Shown: positions 30,223 to 41,179, counted from the first letter of the stretch. The stretch: DNA of 64,000 bases from an uncultured Eubacteriales bacterium (GCA_902491535.1 CABUHS010000010.1:6541-70540); one strand, 5' to 3'. Numbers and translations are program-made. Notes: generated by a model from the letters alone, not told the origin.

Positions 30223-31080
30223 ATGCTTACACACAATATTGAAACTTTTATCGGATGCGACAGCGAATATGACAAAGCAGGGACCGTGCTTTTCGGCGCT
30301 CCGTTTGATTCGACAACAAGCTTCCGTCCCGGAGCAAGATTTGCCTCATCATATATACGGCATGAAAGCTTCGGAATCGAAACATACAGTCCGTATCAGG
30401 ATAAAGATCTGACCGATCTTAATGTTTTTGACAGCGGAGATCTCGAGCTTTGCTTCGGAAAAGCAGAATTCGCTCTTTCAGATATAGAGGGCCGTACATC
30501 GGAAATACTCATGGACGGTAAATTCCCGCTTATGATCGGAGGAGAACATCTTGTGACGCTCGGAGCTTTGAGAGCCGTGATGAAACGGTTTCCCGATCTT
30601 CATATAATTCAGTTTGATGCGCACGCAGATCTCAGAAACGATTATCTCGGAGCAGAGCTTAGCCACGCCTGCGTAATGCGTCGCGCACACGATCTGCTCG
30701 GAGACGGGCGTATCCATCAGTTCTGTATCAGGAGCGGAGAAAAAGAAGAATTCAGATTTGCAAAAGCTCATACGGATATGCATCTGTTTGGCTTCAATGG
30801 ACTTTCAGAGCTTACGAGCGCGCTTAAAGCATCGGGAACTCCGGTATATTTTACAATAGATCTCGACTGCCTGGATCCGTCCGCTTTTCCTGGAACAGGA
30901 ACTCCCGAGGCAGGAGGAATAAGCTTCACAGATCTGCTCCATGCCATTATAGAAGTATGCAAAACCGATGTTGTCGGCGCAGATATAAATGAGCTTGCTC
31001 CGATGCTTGATACAAGCGGCGTTTCTACCGCAACAGCCTGCAAGGTACTCAGAGAACTGATCCTTGCGTTAAACAAATAA
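30223..31080 (+). CDS. speB: Agmatinase (ureohydrolase family)
   Basis: 285 aa with arginase-family metal-binding motifs (GGEHLVT, QFDAHADL, TIDLDCLDPS). Confidence 0.85.
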   Translation: MLTHNIETFIGCDSEYDKAGTVLFGAPFDSTTSFRPGARFASSYIRHESFGIETYSPYQDKDLTDLNVFDSGDLELCFGKAEFALSDIEGRTSEILMDGKFPLMIGGEHLVTLGALRAVMKRFPDLHIIQFDAHADLRNDYLGAELSHACVMRRAHDLLGDGRIHQFCIRSGEKEEFRFAKAHTDMHLFGFNGLSELTSALKASGTPVYFTIDLDCLDPSAFPGTGTPEAGGISFTDLLHAIIEVCKTDVVGADINELAPMLDTSGVSTATACKVLRELILALNK

Positions 31081-31105
31081 GTTACCGGATAAAGGAGATA
31101 AAATA

Positions 31106-32365
31106 ATGAGCAAAGTTTTAGTTATAGGATGCGGCGGAGTTGCTTCGGTTGCTATAAGAAAATGCTGTCAGGTAAGCGAAGTTTTTTCAGAGCTTTGCAT
31201 CGCAAGCAGAACCAAAGCAAAGTGCGACAGCTTGGCGGACTCTCTTAAGGGAAAAACAGCGACAAAAATAACAACAGCACAGGTAGATGCAGACAGCGTA
31301 CAGCAGCTGACTGATCTGATAAATTCATACAAGCCCGATCTTGTTATGAACATTGCACTTCCTTATCAGGATCTTACAATTATGGACGCATGTCTTGCAT
31401 GCGGAGTAAACTATATGGATACCGCAAACTATGAACCGGAAGATACCGACGATCCTAAGTGGCGCGCGATCTATGAAAAGCGGTGCAAGGAACAGGGATT
31501 TTCGGCTTATTTCGACTACAGCTGGCAGTGGGCATACCGTGAGAAGTTTGAAAAGGCAGGCCTTACCGCCCTTCTCGGCTGCGGATTTGATCCCGGAGTC
31601 ACTCAGGCTTACTGCGCTTATGCTAAAAAGCATGAATTTGATACTATAGATACAATCGACATTCTGGACTGTAACGGAGGCGATCACGGATATCCTTTTG
31701 CCACAAACTTCAATCCGGAAGTAAATCTGCGCGAAGTTTCGGCTCCCGGAAGCTACTGGGAAAACGGACACTGGGTGGAGATTCCCGCAATGAGTATCAA
31801 GCGCGAATATACATTTGATTCGGTCGGAGAAAAAGATATGTATCTTTTGCACCACGAAGAAATAGAGTCCCTGGCTCTTAATATTCCGGAAGTCCGGAGA
31901 ATACGTTTCTTTATGACTTTCGGACAGAGCTATCTTACTCATATGAAATGTCTTGAAAATGTCGGAATGCTTTCCACGACGCCCGTAAACTACGAAGGAA
32001 AAGAAATAGTTCCGATAAAATTTCTGAAAGAGCTGCTTCCCGATCCGGCAAGTCTCGGTCCGCGCACGCACGGCAAGACAAATATCGGATGTATTTTCAC
32101 CGGAAAGAAAAACGGAGAGGATAAAGCTTATTATATTTACAATGTATGCGATCATCAGGAATGTTACCGCGAAGTGGAGAGTCAGGCTATCAGCTATACA
32201 ACAGGCGTACCTGCCATGTGCGGAGCATTGATGCTTCTCACGGGAAAGTGGAACAGGACAGGCGTACACACCGTTGAAGAATTTGATCCCGATCCTTTTC
32301 TTGACGCACTCGATAAATACGGTCTACCGTGGAGAGAAAACCGTACTCCGGCATTGGTAGACTGA
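31106..32365 (+). CDS. Carboxy(nor)spermidine dehydrogenase (saccharopine dehydrogenase family)
   Basis: 419 aa with an N-terminal Rossmann motif (VLVIGCGGVASV), followed directly by a carboxynorspermidine decarboxylase gene. Confidence 0.8.
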   Translation: MSKVLVIGCGGVASVAIRKCCQVSEVFSELCIASRTKAKCDSLADSLKGKTATKITTAQVDADSVQQLTDLINSYKPDLVMNIALPYQDLTIMDACLACGVNYMDTANYEPEDTDDPKWRAIYEKRCKEQGFSAYFDYSWQWAYREKFEKAGLTALLGCGFDPGVTQAYCAYAKKHEFDTIDTIDILDCNGGDHGYPFATNFNPEVNLREVSAPGSYWENGHWVEIPAMSIKREYTFDSVGEKDMYLLHHEEIESLALNIPEVRRIRFFMTFGQSYLTHMKCLENVGMLSTTPVNYEGKEIVPIKFLKELLPDPASLGPRTHGKTNIGCIFTGKKNGEDKAYYIYNVCDHQECYREVESQAISYTTGVPAMCGALMLLTGKWNRTGVHTVEEFDPDPFLDALDKYGLPWRENRTPALVD

Positions 32366-33569
32366 TGGCTGTAACAGATAAAAGGCCGCCGTTTGAAGCA
32401 CTCGGCGGAAAAACGCCGGAGGAGCTGTTTTCGGAGCTTCCTACACCCTGCTATATTATAGATGAAGGTCAGCTTCATAAAAACGGAAGAATTCTTGCGT
32501 CTGTTGCCGAAAATACGGGTTGCAAAATACTGCTTGCACAAAAGGCATTCTCAAACTATGACTTTTATCCCCTTTTATCCGATTATCTTGCGGGAACAGA
32601 GGCAAGCGGTTTTTTTGAAGCGCGGCTCGGTGCGGAAGAAATGCCCGGAAAAGAAGTTCATGTATTCTGTGCGGCATATACGGACAGCGACTTTGATTCG
32701 ATTCTGAATTATGCAGATCATATAGTATTCAATTCTCCGGGACAGCTGAAAAGATTCGGAGCCAAAGCAAAAAAATGCAAAAAAAACATAGGTCTCAGAA
32801 TCAATCCCGAATGTTCAACCCAGGAAGGCCATGAGATATATGATCCGTGTTCAGCGGGAAGCAGACTCGGTACTACACGTGAACAATGGGATATTCAAAT
32901 GACTGATGAAACGGTGTCTATGCTGGACGGTCTGCACTTTCATACGCTTTGCGAGCAGGATGCAGATGCACTGGAGACAACGCTTAAGGCAGTCGAAGAA
33001 AAATTCGGCGATATTCTTCCGAAAATGAAATGGCTCAATATGGGCGGAGGTCATCATATTACGCGCGACGGATACGACATACAGACGCTCGAAAAATCAT
33101 AAGCGCAAAGCAAAAGTGGAATACCGAAATTTACCTTGAGCCGGGAGAGGCATGCGCTCTGAACGCAGGATATCTTGCATGCCGCGTTCTTGACATTGTA
33201 AAAAACGGAAAATTCCGCATTGCCGTACTCAATACAAGCGCTGCATGCCACATGCCCGATGTTATCGAAATGCCGTATATGCCTCCGTTATACGGAGCAA
33301 TGGAGGGAAGTGTGTCTCAGTACGTTTACCGCCTCGGAGGACCTACCTGTCTTGCAGGAGATATCATCGGAGATTACAGCTTTGACTGCGAACTTAAAAC
33401 CGGAGATCTTTTGCTGTTTGGCGATATGGCTATCTACTCAACCTGCAAAACCAATACTTTTAACGGAATGCCTTTGCCGAATATATGGAAAAGAACTGTA
33501 AACGGACGGCTTGAACAGTTGACAGATTTCGGATACGACGATTTTAAAATGAGACTCGGAAGAATTTGA
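32365..33569 (+). CDS. nspC: Carboxy(nor)spermidine decarboxylase, interrupted by a 1-nt frameshift in an A5 run (33092-33096)
   Basis: The two ORFs (32329-33102 in frame 1, 33030-33569 in frame 3) together give a full NspC-like protein. The join is ...NMGGGHHITRDGYDIQTLEK / IISAKQKWNTEIYLEPGEA...HMPDVIEMPY. The ATG at 32365 overlaps the upstream stop (TGATG). Confidence 0.8.
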
Positions 33570-33679
33570 TTAAATAAATTCTTTATATGTCATGACTCTG
33601 ATAAAAAGTATATCTGAATTATTTCTTACAATTATAGTAAGAATCAGGCGGGTGCCCCGGAACCTTGTTGTTTCACAAT

Positions 33680-33716
33680 AAAAATCCTGAACTATATATT
33701 ATAGCTCAGGATTTTT
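33680..33716. terminator. Bidirectional terminator between nspC and the MATE gene
   Basis: The stem aatcctgaac / gctcaggatt has one mismatch and is flanked by AAAA and TTTTT. Confidence 0.6.
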
Positions 33717-33737
33717 GTTTTATATTTTTACCGTTTT

Positions 33738-35147
33738 TTATTTAATATCATTATTTTCGGTAACATTCTTTCTTCCGATCGAGCGCATAAACGATACTGT
33801 AAGCACAATAACAACAATTGCAGCTACAAAATCGGCTATCGGGGCAGCAAAGAGTATACCTTCGATTCCGAAAAATACAGGAAGAATTAAAATAAGCGGA
33901 ATGAAGCAAATAATATCGCGTATAAGAGAAGCAAGTACCGCCTGAACAGGTTTTCCGGACGCCTGGAAGAAGATCGAAGTCATTTTTATTGTGCATGTAA
34001 GTACGACAAGAGAAAGGAAAATGCGAAATGTTTTCTCGGCAAAAATCCAATAATCGTCGGGATTCGGAATGTTAGTCGGATTTCCGAAAATACCTACAAC
34101 CGCTCTCGGCGCGAATTCAAAAAGTGCAGTTGATGCAAGTCCGATAACAAGGGTACATGTCAGAATACTAAAATACAGTTTTCTGACTCTGCCGTAATTT
34201 TGGGCGCCCATATTATATCCGATAATCGGCTGACATCCGAGTACAATTCCGACAACAAGATTTATTACAACGGTAAATACCTTGCTCTCAATTCCGATAA
34301 TTGCAATCGGAATATCAACGCCGTACTGTGATACAGCACCGTATTTCGCAAGCATGATATTGCACACTAAAGATATTATAACAATAGTCATCTGAGTAAT
34401 AAACGACGACGCTCCAAGCTTCAGTGCATTACCGAACGCTTTAAAGTCAGGTATAAAGCTTTTAAGCGTAAGCTTAAACGTCTTTGTACGGAAGAAGTAA
34501 ACAAAGCTGATAACAAACGAAACGCACTGTCCGATGATCGTTGCAAGCGCCGCGCCTGTCATTCCGCGGTGTAAAACAAAAATGAATACCGGATCGAGAA
34601 TAATATTTGTAATAGCACCGGTAAGCATTGAAGCCATCGACCATGCAGGACTTCCGTCCGCACGTATAACTGCATTCATCATATTCATCAACATATAGAT
34701 CGGGAAAAACATAAGAATGATATTGAAATATTCAACAGCCATACCTATGCTGTTTTCAGATGCGCCGAACAATGTTAAAAGCTGAGTTTTGATCGGAAAG
34801 AACACAGCCATAAGTACAATACTTGCCAAAAGAGTGATTGAAATTCCTGTTCCGATAGCCTTATGTGCAGACCCCGTATCCTTTCTTCCCTGACATATGT
34901 TCAGATAAGCGGCACAGCCGTCGCCAAAGCACCATGCAAATGCCTGAGCAATAATAAATATCGGGAATACAACACCGGTCGCCGCATTTCCGAGTGTACT
35001 CAGTTCACTGTTGCCTATAAATATCTGGTCTACAATATTGTAAAGTGCGCTGACTAAAAGAGAGAGTACACAGGGAATCGAAAATTTAAGCATAAGCTTT
35101 GGGATTTTCTCCGTTCCCAATATTCCACCTGCTTCTGATTGATTCAT
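33738..35147 (-). CDS. MATE family efflux transporter
   Basis: It has about 12 TM segments and an N-terminus KIPKLMLKFSIPCVLSLLVSALYNIVDQIFIG typical of MATE/NorM. The start at 35147 follows a GGAGG RBS; the longest ORF would start at 35234. Confidence 0.85.
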   Translation of the reverse strand: MNQSEAGGILGTEKIPKLMLKFSIPCVLSLLVSALYNIVDQIFIGNSELSTLGNAATGVVFPIFIIAQAFAWCFGDGCAAYLNICQGRKDTGSAHKAIGTGISITLLASIVLMAVFFPIKTQLLTLFGASENSIGMAVEYFNIILMFFPIYMLMNMMNAVIRADGSPAWSMASMLTGAITNIILDPVFIFVLHRGMTGAALATIIGQCVSFVISFVYFFRTKTFKLTLKSFIPDFKAFGNALKLGASSFITQMTIVIISLVCNIMLAKYGAVSQYGVDIPIAIIGIESKVFTVVINLVVGIVLGCQPIIGYNMGAQNYGRVRKLYFSILTCTLVIGLASTALFEFAPRAVVGIFGNPTNIPNPDDYWIFAEKTFRIFLSLVVLTCTIKMTSIFFQASGKPVQAVLASLIRDIICFIPLILILPVFFGIEGILFAAPIADFVAAIVVIVLTVSFMRSIGRKNVTENNDIK

Positions 35148-35549
35148 AAAATCCTCCTGAAAAATTAAATAATTCGGAGTCTTTATCAGAGAGAAAGCTG
35201 CCTGAAAACTACGAAGAACAAAAAAGAAAAGCACAGAATCGCCGTGATTCTACGCTTTTAAGCTGTTCGACAAGATTATTATATCAAATTCCGGACAATT
35301 TGTCAAGGCAAACCTGTATATAAAAAATTTAACGGCCGATTTCTAAGAAGACGTGAACTGCACATCCGGCACACGGTCTATTTCATACGCCGTCCTATTC
35401 TTATACAAAAGGGACAGAGGCGTTATTTCCCTCGGCATCGAATTTTGCTGTTAATTGTGAAAACACTTTTCTTGCCACGCGCGCACCCAGTACAAATAGT
35501 ATTCCGTTTTTCGGGTACACTATTCTGTATAAAGAAACGGGGTGTTTGA

Positions 35550-37541
35550 ATGGCAAACAGACTTTCAAATGAAAAATCACCGTATCTCTTGCAGCATAAG
35601 GACAATCCCGTAAACTGGTATCCTTGGTGCAGAGACGCTTTTGAAAAAGCTGATGCGGAAGATAAACCTATCTTTTTGAGTATCGGTTATTCTACTTGTC
35701 ACTGGTGCCATGTGATGGCGCATGAATCCTTTGAGGATAACGAAATTGCTGAATTACTTGATGATTATGTGTGTATCAAAGTCGACCGTGAAGAACGGCC
35801 TGATATTGATTCTGTCTATATGTCGGTTTGCCAGGCGCTGACAGGATCGGGCGGTTGGCCCCTGACGATTTTTATGACACCGAAGCAGAAACCGTTTTTT
35901 GCCGGAACCTATTTCCCTAAAACGAACAGATACGGTCAGCAGGGACTTTCCGATCTGCTTCGGCAGATTTCATATCTTTGGAGAGAAGAACGCGATAAAC
36001 TTTTGGATTCAAGTGAAAAAATCATATCTGTACTAAAGCAGGTTCGCTCGTCGGAGTCGAGCGAACCTGACAAAACTATTCTGCATCGAGGGTATAGTTT
36101 GCTCTCACGATCCTTTGACCCTTACTTTGGCGGATTCGGTATAGCTCCGAAATTTCCGACTCCGCATAATCTGCTCTTTTTGATGCGACTGTATGAAGCA
36201 GAGAAGAAACCGGAAGCTCTGCAAATGGCTGAAATTACATTGCAGTCAATGGCACGCGGCGGGATATTCGATCATATCGGCGGCGGTTTTTCGCGTTATT
36301 CTACTGACCAAAAGTGGCTTGTTCCTCACTTTGAGAAAATGCTGTACGACAATGCATTGCTGATATTAGCATATTTGGAAGCGTATCAGCTTACTAAAAA
36401 TTCATTTTATGCCGATGTTGCCAGGCGGACTTCTGACTATATTTTGGATGAACTGACCGATCAAAGCGGCGGTTTTTATTGCGGACAGGACGCGGACAGC
36501 GACGGTATTGAGGGGAAATATTATGTTTTTACCCCTGATGAGGTTTTAAGAGTACTCGGAGAAAAAGACGGAATGAAATTCTGTGCGGAATATGGTATTA
36601 CACAGCGCGGCAATTTTGAAGGAAAAAATATTCCGAACCGGATAGGAAAATCAGATAAATCATGGGATGAGGGTGATCCCCGTTTGAAGAATCTCTGTGA
36701 ATACAGAAAAGCGAGAACACGCCTTCACCTTGACAACAAAATTTTGCTTTCATGGAATGCATGGGCGATCATCGCACTGACAAGAGCCGGATTGATTCTT
36801 GACGATTTACGATATACGAGTGCCGCGGTAAAAGCTCAAAAATTTATCCGTGAAAAAATGACAGATGAAAACAATCGGCTTTTTCTTCGTTACTGTGACA
36901 GAGAAGCTGCCAATAACGGTCAGCTTGACGATTACGCCGTATATGCGCTTGCCCTGACTGAGTTATACCGCTCTACATTTGAGGTCGGCTATCTGAATGA
37001 GGCGGTACTTCGAACAAGGCAGATGATAGATTTGTTTGAAGATAGAGGGAGCGGAGGATATTATCTGACCGCTCATGACTCTGAAGCGCTGATTACACGT
37101 CCAAAAGAGACCTATGACGGAGCGATCCCCTCCGGAAACTCTGTTGTTGAGATGGTATTAGAAACGCTTGCATCACTCACGGGTGAAACGTTATTTTGTG
37201 AAGCGGCAGACCGTCAGCACAGGTTTATGGCGGGACAGATCAAGGAATATCCGGCGGCGCATTGCTTCTCTTTGATGGCAATGACAAAAGCACTTTACCC
37301 GCACAGAGAGCTGATTTGTGCAGGATCCGAAGTACCGGAAGAGCTTTACGCCTATTTGAGGGAGTACCCGGCGCACGACCTGAGTATATTGTTCAAGTCA
37401 GAGGAAAACGGAACGGCGCTGTCGATAGCCGCGCCGTTTACAGCAGATTATCCTGTATCCGGAAATACTGTATGGTATCTTTGCGAAAACGGAACCTGTC
37501 ATGCTCCGCAGACAGACTTTGATAAACTTAATTTATCCTAA
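35550..37541 (+). CDS. Thioredoxin-domain protein of the YyaL / DUF255 family
   Basis: 663 aa. The N-terminus [24 protein letters not shown]...STCHWCHVM is characteristic, followed by a six-hairpin glycosidase-like C-terminal region. Confidence 0.85.
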   Translation: MANRLSNEKSPYLLQHKDNPVNWYPWCRDAFEKADAEDKPIFLSIGYSTCHWCHVMAHESFEDNEIAELLDDYVCIKVDREERPDIDSVYMSVCQALTGSGGWPLTIFMTPKQKPFFAGTYFPKTNRYGQQGLSDLLRQISYLWREERDKLLDSSEKIISVLKQVRSSESSEPDKTILHRGYSLLSRSFDPYFGGFGIAPKFPTPHNLLFLMRLYEAEKKPEALQMAEITLQSMARGGIFDHIGGGFSRYSTDQKWLVPHFEKMLYDNALLILAYLEAYQLTKNSFYADVARRTSDYILDELTDQSGGFYCGQDADSDGIEGKYYVFTPDEVLRVLGEKDGMKFCAEYGITQRGNFEGKNIPNRIGKSDKSWDEGDPRLKNLCEYRKARTRLHLDNKILLSWNAWAIIALTRAGLILDDLRYTSAAVKAQKFIREKMTDENNRLFLRYCDREAANNGQLDDYAVYALALTELYRSTFEVGYLNEAVLRTRQMIDLFEDRGSGGYYLTAHDSEALITRPKETYDGAIPSGNSVVEMVLETLASLTGETLFCEAADRQHRFMAGQIKEYPAAHCFSLMAMTKALYPHRELICAGSEVPEELYAYLREYPAHDLSILFKSEENGTALSIAAPFTADYPVSGNTVWYLCENGTCHAPQTDFDKLNLS

Positions 37542-37581
37542 AGGAGCGAAAATTTATGAAAGAAATTGATTGTGGTATATT

Positions 37582-38928
37582 ATGAGCGGTAAATATGATG
37601 TCATTGTGGTAGGGGCAGGTCTTGCGGGATTGTCATGTGCCTATGAACTTTCTGCAAAAGGGAAAAGAGTATTGGTTCTTGAAGCTCACGGATATGCAGG
37701 CGGCAGAGCATCTTCCTTTAATGATAACGGTATGGGGGTCGAATCGGGACTTCACCGATATATAGGGTACTATTCGGCATTGCCAAGGCTTTTGAAAAAT
37801 TGCGGGGTGAAAATAGAAGATATCGTTACATGGGAGGAGAAAGCCGACATTATTGTTAAGAATAAAAACCAAAAGCTTGTCCTTGGCTTGGCACCCTTTT
37901 TTGCTCCTGTAAAAACACTCAGAGGGATTCTTGGAAATAAAGATATTTTGACAGTTCGCGATAAGCTGTCGTTAGTCCCTTTTTTCGTCAGTGGTTTTCT
38001 GAGTTATATGTTTTGTAATAAACTTGATAATTTTTCGGTCAGTGAATATGCTTGCAGAAAAGGTGTTTCTGAAAAAAGCAAACGCTTGATCCTTGAACCC
38101 CTGAGCAGCGGTATCTTCTTTTTACCGCCTGAAAATTATTCTGCCTATGCATTTTTCGGTTTGTTTGCACCTGCAATTCCAAAGTTTTATAAAATGCGGA
38201 TAGGTGCTTTTCTTGGCGGTATGACCGATGTAATGTGCAGCCCTATCGTAAGAAAAATTGAGGAGCTTGGCGGAAAAATATCCTATCACACTCCTGTTAA
38301 AAGCGTTATAAGCAAGAATGACAGAGTAATAGGAGTAAAATCGGAGAATGGGAATGTATACAGTGCAGATCAGATCGTAATTGCTTCAACACTTTCCTCG
38401 GCAAAGAAAATTTTAACGCCGCTAAAGAACAGAGAATGTCTGAAAAACTTTTTTTCTTTAAAGACGATGTCGGCCTGCACTATCCAATTTGAATTGAAAA
38501 GACCGGCGCTCGAAAAGGATATTACAGCTTTCGGACCGTCAACCGATGCGGTAAGCTTTGCAGAGCAGTCACGTTCGACCTTCAGAGGAAAAAAAGGACG
38601 TCTGTCGGTCATTTTAGGCAATGCCGGGGAGTATTGTAAAAAATCACCGCAGGATATTTTAAAGACGGTTGTTCATCAGTTAGGTGAACTCGGTATTAAT
38701 ATCAGTGACAGTATTGTAAGTTATAGAAAAATTGCAGAGGAAGATGAATTTTATTCGTTGGATAAAGGCAATCAGCATCTGAGACCAAAGCAGAAAACAG
38801 GAATTAAAGGTTTGACACTTGCGGGAGATTACACACTCACTTCTTCTTTTGCAACAATGGAGGGCGCCGTTCTGTCAGGCAAAAAAGCGGCTAAAGAGGT
38901 TCTGATCAATATCGGTAACTTGAGATAA
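37582..38928 (+). CDS. FAD-dependent oxidoreductase (amine oxidase / phytoene desaturase-like)
   Basis: It has the dinucleotide-binding motif DVIVVGAGLAGLSCA and a C-terminal LAGDYT motif. The substrate is unknown. Confidence 0.7.
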   Translation: MSGKYDVIVVGAGLAGLSCAYELSAKGKRVLVLEAHGYAGGRASSFNDNGMGVESGLHRYIGYYSALPRLLKNCGVKIEDIVTWEEKADIIVKNKNQKLVLGLAPFFAPVKTLRGILGNKDILTVRDKLSLVPFFVSGFLSYMFCNKLDNFSVSEYACRKGVSEKSKRLILEPLSSGIFFLPPENYSAYAFFGLFAPAIPKFYKMRIGAFLGGMTDVMCSPIVRKIEELGGKISYHTPVKSVISKNDRVIGVKSENGNVYSADQIVIASTLSSAKKILTPLKNRECLKNFFSLKTMSACTIQFELKRPALEKDITAFGPSTDAVSFAEQSRSTFRGKKGRLSVILGNAGEYCKKSPQDILKTVVHQLGELGINISDSIVSYRKIAEEDEFYSLDKGNQHLRPKQKTGIKGLTLAGDYTLTSSFATMEGAVLSGKKAAKEVLINIGNLR

Positions 38929-39052
38929 TTTAGTTTTTGAAAAATGATTCGGTATAAATTAGATGAATATCTTTTGAATTGAGCAATGAAAGCTTTCTGT
39001 CGGATAGCAGAGATTCGCTTTAAATGTCAGCTACTTATTTTGTAACTGAATT

Positions 39053-39085
39053 AAAAAACTACAAGTTTCAACTTGTAGTTTTTTG
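39053..39085. terminator. Bidirectional intrinsic terminator
   Basis: aaaaactacaagt / acttgtagttttt with A and T runs, between convergent genes. Confidence 0.8.
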
Positions 39086-39199
39086 TCGGTGGGCTACGAA
39101 AATATATTTCACTTTCAATGCGTGCCCTTGAACCATTACATGGTTTTAGTCAAACAACTCTATCGTTTCTGAACATTAATTTTATTTTCGTAAACGATG

Positions 39200-40342
39200 T
39201 TATATCTTTAAATTGCATATATTTTCGTACAGGTCTTGAAAGCGTTTGTATTTACTAAGCGGTTGTATTTCCTCGGCTGATAATTTTTCAATCAGTCTGT
39301 TCTTTATTGTTGACTTAGTGGTACACGCGGTCAATTCGCTTTCCTGTACCAATGGTGATTTCATTAGCGAGTTATGTGTGATTACATTACCTGCGCAACG
39401 TTCAATCAAATTCAGATAATACATGATGGAGTTTTCAACGGCGTTCATGGCTTGGTCAGTATCGCCGATTGCCAAATATGCCTGAGCTAGCAGGATATAA
39501 CAATCACCAGAATCAAAATCGTGATACGGCGGGTGATAACATTCCTTGAAGATCACTTTCAGGATATTCAAGAATGTTTGATATACATCGATCGCGTTGT
39601 TGTATTTCCCGGTTTTATAATATGCCTTTCCCAATCGGACTGTATTGTTCTCAAGTGTTTGTAGAGCATAGTCGATATCACTACACAGACATGTGATTTC
39701 GCGTGCATGATTTCCCATATATTCGTTTACTTTTGCCATATTGGAATATAGGGTGAGATCTGTACGTGCTGGAAAATTTAGAGCCTCGACAGTTGCTTTA
39801 TCATACCTGCCTTCCGATGAATATAAAAATATCAGAGCCTGACGCGCATTCATAATGTCCGATATATTTTTTGAGTATGATATAATAAGATTTGCCTGTC
39901 GGATAGTTTCATCGCAAATTTCTTTTGCGCGTTCGGCGGAGTACAGATAACTGTTTTCGGGCAGAGCCAGTGCAAGACCGAGCCGGATACAGTTATTCAA
40001 CAGAATCATATTATTCGGGTATTTTTTTAACCCCTCAATCATCATATCATATGCGTGCAGATAAGTGTCCTGTTTACCGTATTCTTTTATTGCATCTGCT
40101 TTTTGAACGATTCTCAACGCTTCGTCATTTTCGCTTGCCCCCTCGATTCCGAACAAAATATCTGTGCTTACACCGAAAACGCTCGCTAGCGGTATAATCT
40201 GTGAAATATCCGGTAGGCCGGTTTCATTTTCCCATTTCGATACCGCTTGCGCGGTTACATTAAGTTGTTCGGCTAATTCATCCTGTGTCAGATTTCTTTC
40301 CTTGCGAAGTTTTTTTATTGTTTGTCCTATGGAATTAGTCAT
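39200..40342 (-). CDS. XRE-family HTH regulator with a C-terminal TPR-like domain (RRNPP-like architecture)
   Basis: 380 aa. The N-terminal HTH is IKKLRKERNLTQDELAEQLNVTAQAVSKWENE, followed by a roughly 300-aa helical repeat region. Confidence 0.75.
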   Translation of the reverse strand: MTNSIGQTIKKLRKERNLTQDELAEQLNVTAQAVSKWENETGLPDISQIIPLASVFGVSTDILFGIEGASENDEALRIVQKADAIKEYGKQDTYLHAYDMMIEGLKKYPNNMILLNNCIRLGLALALPENSYLYSAERAKEICDETIRQANLIISYSKNISDIMNARQALIFLYSSEGRYDKATVEALNFPARTDLTLYSNMAKVNEYMGNHAREITCLCSDIDYALQTLENNTVRLGKAYYKTGKYNNAIDVYQTFLNILKVIFKECYHPPYHDFDSGDCYILLAQAYLAIGDTDQAMNAVENSIMYYLNLIERCAGNVITHNSLMKSPLVQESELTACTTKSTIKNRLIEKLSAEEIQPLSKYKRFQDLYENICNLKI

Positions 40343-40382
40343 TGTTTTTCCTCCATCAATTATAATTTCTGTACTGTGTCTA

Positions 40383-40525
40383 TATTATAACATAAATCTA
40401 AGGCGAAGCCTTGTAAGCGGCAAAGCCGATAGGACGTAAGTCCTAATTTATGCTTCAATGTTCTCTCAGATGTCCAAAGGTTTGCTCAGCAAAGCTTCGG
40501 TATACATCGTGAGGTTATTATAACA
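40383..40525. repeat. Single diverged copy of the 136-nt hairpin-rich element seen at 2340-2760
   Basis: It shares the core attcaatgttctctcaga.gtcc.aa and the 3' end cgtgaggttattata. It is bounded by the direct repeat tattataaca (40383-40392 and 40516-40525). Confidence 0.8.
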
Positions 40526-40597
40526 CTCAAACAGCCATATGTGAAGCGACATAAAGGTTAGTTCAATCCAACGGAGCGTTGTGTTTTGGAAAAAGCA

Positions 40598-40720
40598 TCA
40601 CATAACTGTATGTAATGCATAGCTGTCAGAACTGTCGACCGGCATGCCGAACTGATACTGCGTAAGGCTTTTACGTGTTCTAAGTTCATGCAGAAAATTA
40701 CCAAAACTATAGTCTCTCAT
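40598..40720 (-). pseudogene. Truncated XRE-type HTH gene remnant (40 codons)
   Basis: A GGAGG RBS is followed by MRDYSFGNFLHELRTRKSLTQYQFGM..., the start of an HTH_3 domain. A stop follows after 40 aa, before the domain is complete. Confidence 0.4.
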
Positions 40721-41000
40721 AATATCCTCCGTTTGCTTGCTGTCTATATTATACAGTAACTTTAATATCCGTTCAAGATACAAGTTATCTACCGCAAGTA
40801 GAAGATATCCTATCAATGATAAGTTTGTTTTGCTGAGATGCTTGGCGAAGGGGTTCAAGCACATAATCTGTCCGATACACCACAAAGTACATGCCAGATA
40901 CTTGAATAATTTAAACAGATTAATAAAATTTCATTGCTTATTGAAAGTATAGCACCAAAATATGATTTTCAGCTGATTGAATACATCCTTTAAATGCAAG

Positions 41001-41041
41001 AAAAACGACAAGCTTCTTTTTATCGAAACTTGTCGTTTTTT
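41001..41041. terminator. Bidirectional intrinsic terminator
   Basis: aaaacgacaag / cttgtcgtttt with flanking A/T runs, downstream of the 41180-42112 gene. Confidence 0.7.
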
Positions 41042-41179
41042 GAAAAGGCAGTATAAAATAGATGCTTGTCGTGTACAAGTTCAAAACCTTGTGAATTTGT
41101 CCTCAAAAATCTAATTTTGATACTATGCGTATTGAAATTAGGCTTTTTATTTTTCTGAAAAGACTTAAAATCAAGGTTT

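Noticed and set aside
31325-32269. 314-aa minus-strand ORF. The same reasoning applies to 25767-26438, 29497-30084 and 3374-4198.
   Set aside because: These lie antisense to the carboxyspermidine dehydrogenase, comEC, speE and valS genes respectively. They are typical long shadow frames.
39086-39199. Small peptide ORFs (8 and 22 codons) downstream of the HTH-TPR regulator as a cognate signalling pro-peptide
   Set aside because: There is no RBS, no hydrophobic or secretion-like features, and nothing to distinguish them from chance.
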